Shown: positions 63,062 through 64,000 of the stretch, piece after piece | Layout: each line of letters opens with the position of its first letter | Numbering within the stretch: the first letter of the stretch is position 1 | NCBI RefSeq assembly: GCF_964355755.1 | Contig: NC_092676.1 | Coordinates: 7,975,888 to 8,039,887 of the forward strand | Length of the DNA: 64,000 bases | Direction of reading: 5' to 3' | Source: Antedon mediterranea | Taxonomy: Eukaryota; Animalia; Echinodermata | Notes under the pieces: generated by a model | What the model was told of the DNA's origin: nothing | The model's database searches: none | What the model saw: the letters and a program-made list of their open reading frames with translations, nothing else | Program-made: the position numbers and the translations under genes

Positions 63062-63215
63062 TACATCCCCCGGTTTTATTTTAAAACTCATTACCCTTGG
63101 TTAAGCATTTTATCCAAATTAAATGGTTTTTTTTATTCATAACACGAAATGCAGGTGTTATATTGAGATGTTTTTAAATCAAAATAATAATGTAATACTG
63201 TATAACAAACATTAG

Positions 63216-63273
63216 TGTCAGAAGTGGGATTCGAACCCACGCCTACAAGATTAGACCGCTCGGCCATCCTGAT
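63216..63273 (-). pseudogene. tRNA-Leu copy with a 26-nt deletion of the anticodon arm
   Basis: ...GCCTACAAGA|TTAGACCGCTCGG.... The deleted block starts and ends at TAGAC repeats. Confidence 0.9.
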
Positions 63274-63491
63274 CCGGTGTCCACTTATTTGGGGAAAACA
63301 CATTGACGTGGTGGTAAGTTCATGAATGTTTTTATTTGGGAAATAAATCCTTATATTAATTGGAAAAATTAACACGGTAAAGAGCTATAATATTCGTGAA
63401 CTCCGTTATATATTGAAGAAATGTCGGTTTGAATCAGAATAGGTGGTTTCTAAGCAAAATAACATAATAGAAAAGGATACGAAAAGATTAG

Positions 63492-63575
63492 TGTCAGAAG
63501 TGGGATTCGAACCCACGCCTACAAGAGTAGACTGCGACCTGAACGCAGCGCCTTAGACCGCTCGGCCATCCTGAC
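63492..63575 (-). tRNA. tRNA-Leu-CAG: tRNA-Leu(CAG)
   Basis: Identical 84-nt sequence to 62753-62836. Confidence 0.96.
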
Positions 63576-63818
63576 TGCCCGCTTTTTTTTACCCTGGTAA
63601 GGCGTTTTCGCCAAATAAATAGCTTTTGTTATTCATAACACAAAATGCAGGTGTCAATTAAAAGGCTACACGCCAATTATTTTTGAACGACACATTAAGA
63701 TCAAGACCTATAATATTCATGAACTCTGTTATATTGAAGAAATGTCGGTTTGAATCAGAATAGGTGGTTTCTGAGCAAAATAACATAATATAGGCCTAAA
63801 ATGATACTAAAAGATTAG

Positions 63819-63900
63819 TGTCAGAAGTGGGATTCGAACCCACGCCTACAAGAGTAGACTGCGACCTGAACGCAGCCTTAGACCACTCGGCCATCCTGAC
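63819..63900 (-). pseudogene. tRNA-Leu(CAG) copy with a 2-nt deletion at the D-stem/anticodon-stem junction
   Basis: 82 nt; CGCAGCCTTA replaces CGCAGCGCCTTA, plus one D-loop substitution. Confidence 0.75.
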
Positions 63901-64000
63901 TTGACTACATGCCCTCTGTTTGTTTTACCCTGGTAAGGCCTTTTTTCCCACAATAAATAGCTTAGGTTATTCATAACACGAAATGCAGGTGTCAATTAAA

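Overview
This is AT-rich animal genomic DNA, probably from an invertebrate deuterostome such as an echinoderm (inferred from Deu-domain SINEs and intron style). It is not prokaryotic and contains no CRISPR array. Most ORF-track entries are spurious. Two spliced minus-strand genes can be read from the sequence. (1) A gene of unknown family has a likely first coding exon at 41942-41990, a ~27 kb transposon-filled intron, and an acidic TDSE-repeat exon at 14396-14809; it continues off the left edge. (2) A divergent PACSIN/syndapin-like gene (F-BAR + SH3) runs from 61834 down to 52318; its N-terminal exons were not found. This gene is interleaved with a minus-strand tRNA cluster: 8 full-length tRNA-Gly(GCC) plus 2 fragments, and 2 intact tRNA-Leu(CAG) plus 5 damaged copies. 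Four structures stand out. First, an 18 x 62 bp minisatellite is built from the end of a PACSIN F-BAR exon and its 5' splice site, giving 18 tandem donors behind an in-frame stop. Second, a tandem segmental duplication has its breakpoint inside a chimeric tRNA-Gly; the paired copies reveal empty sites for a Helitron, a Helentron-like element and a 4.5 kb foldback structure. Third, the damaged Leu-tRNA copies mostly lose the interior while keeping the A and B boxes. Fourth, Penelope-type minimal hammerhead remnants are present. All calls were made by eye; no searches were run.
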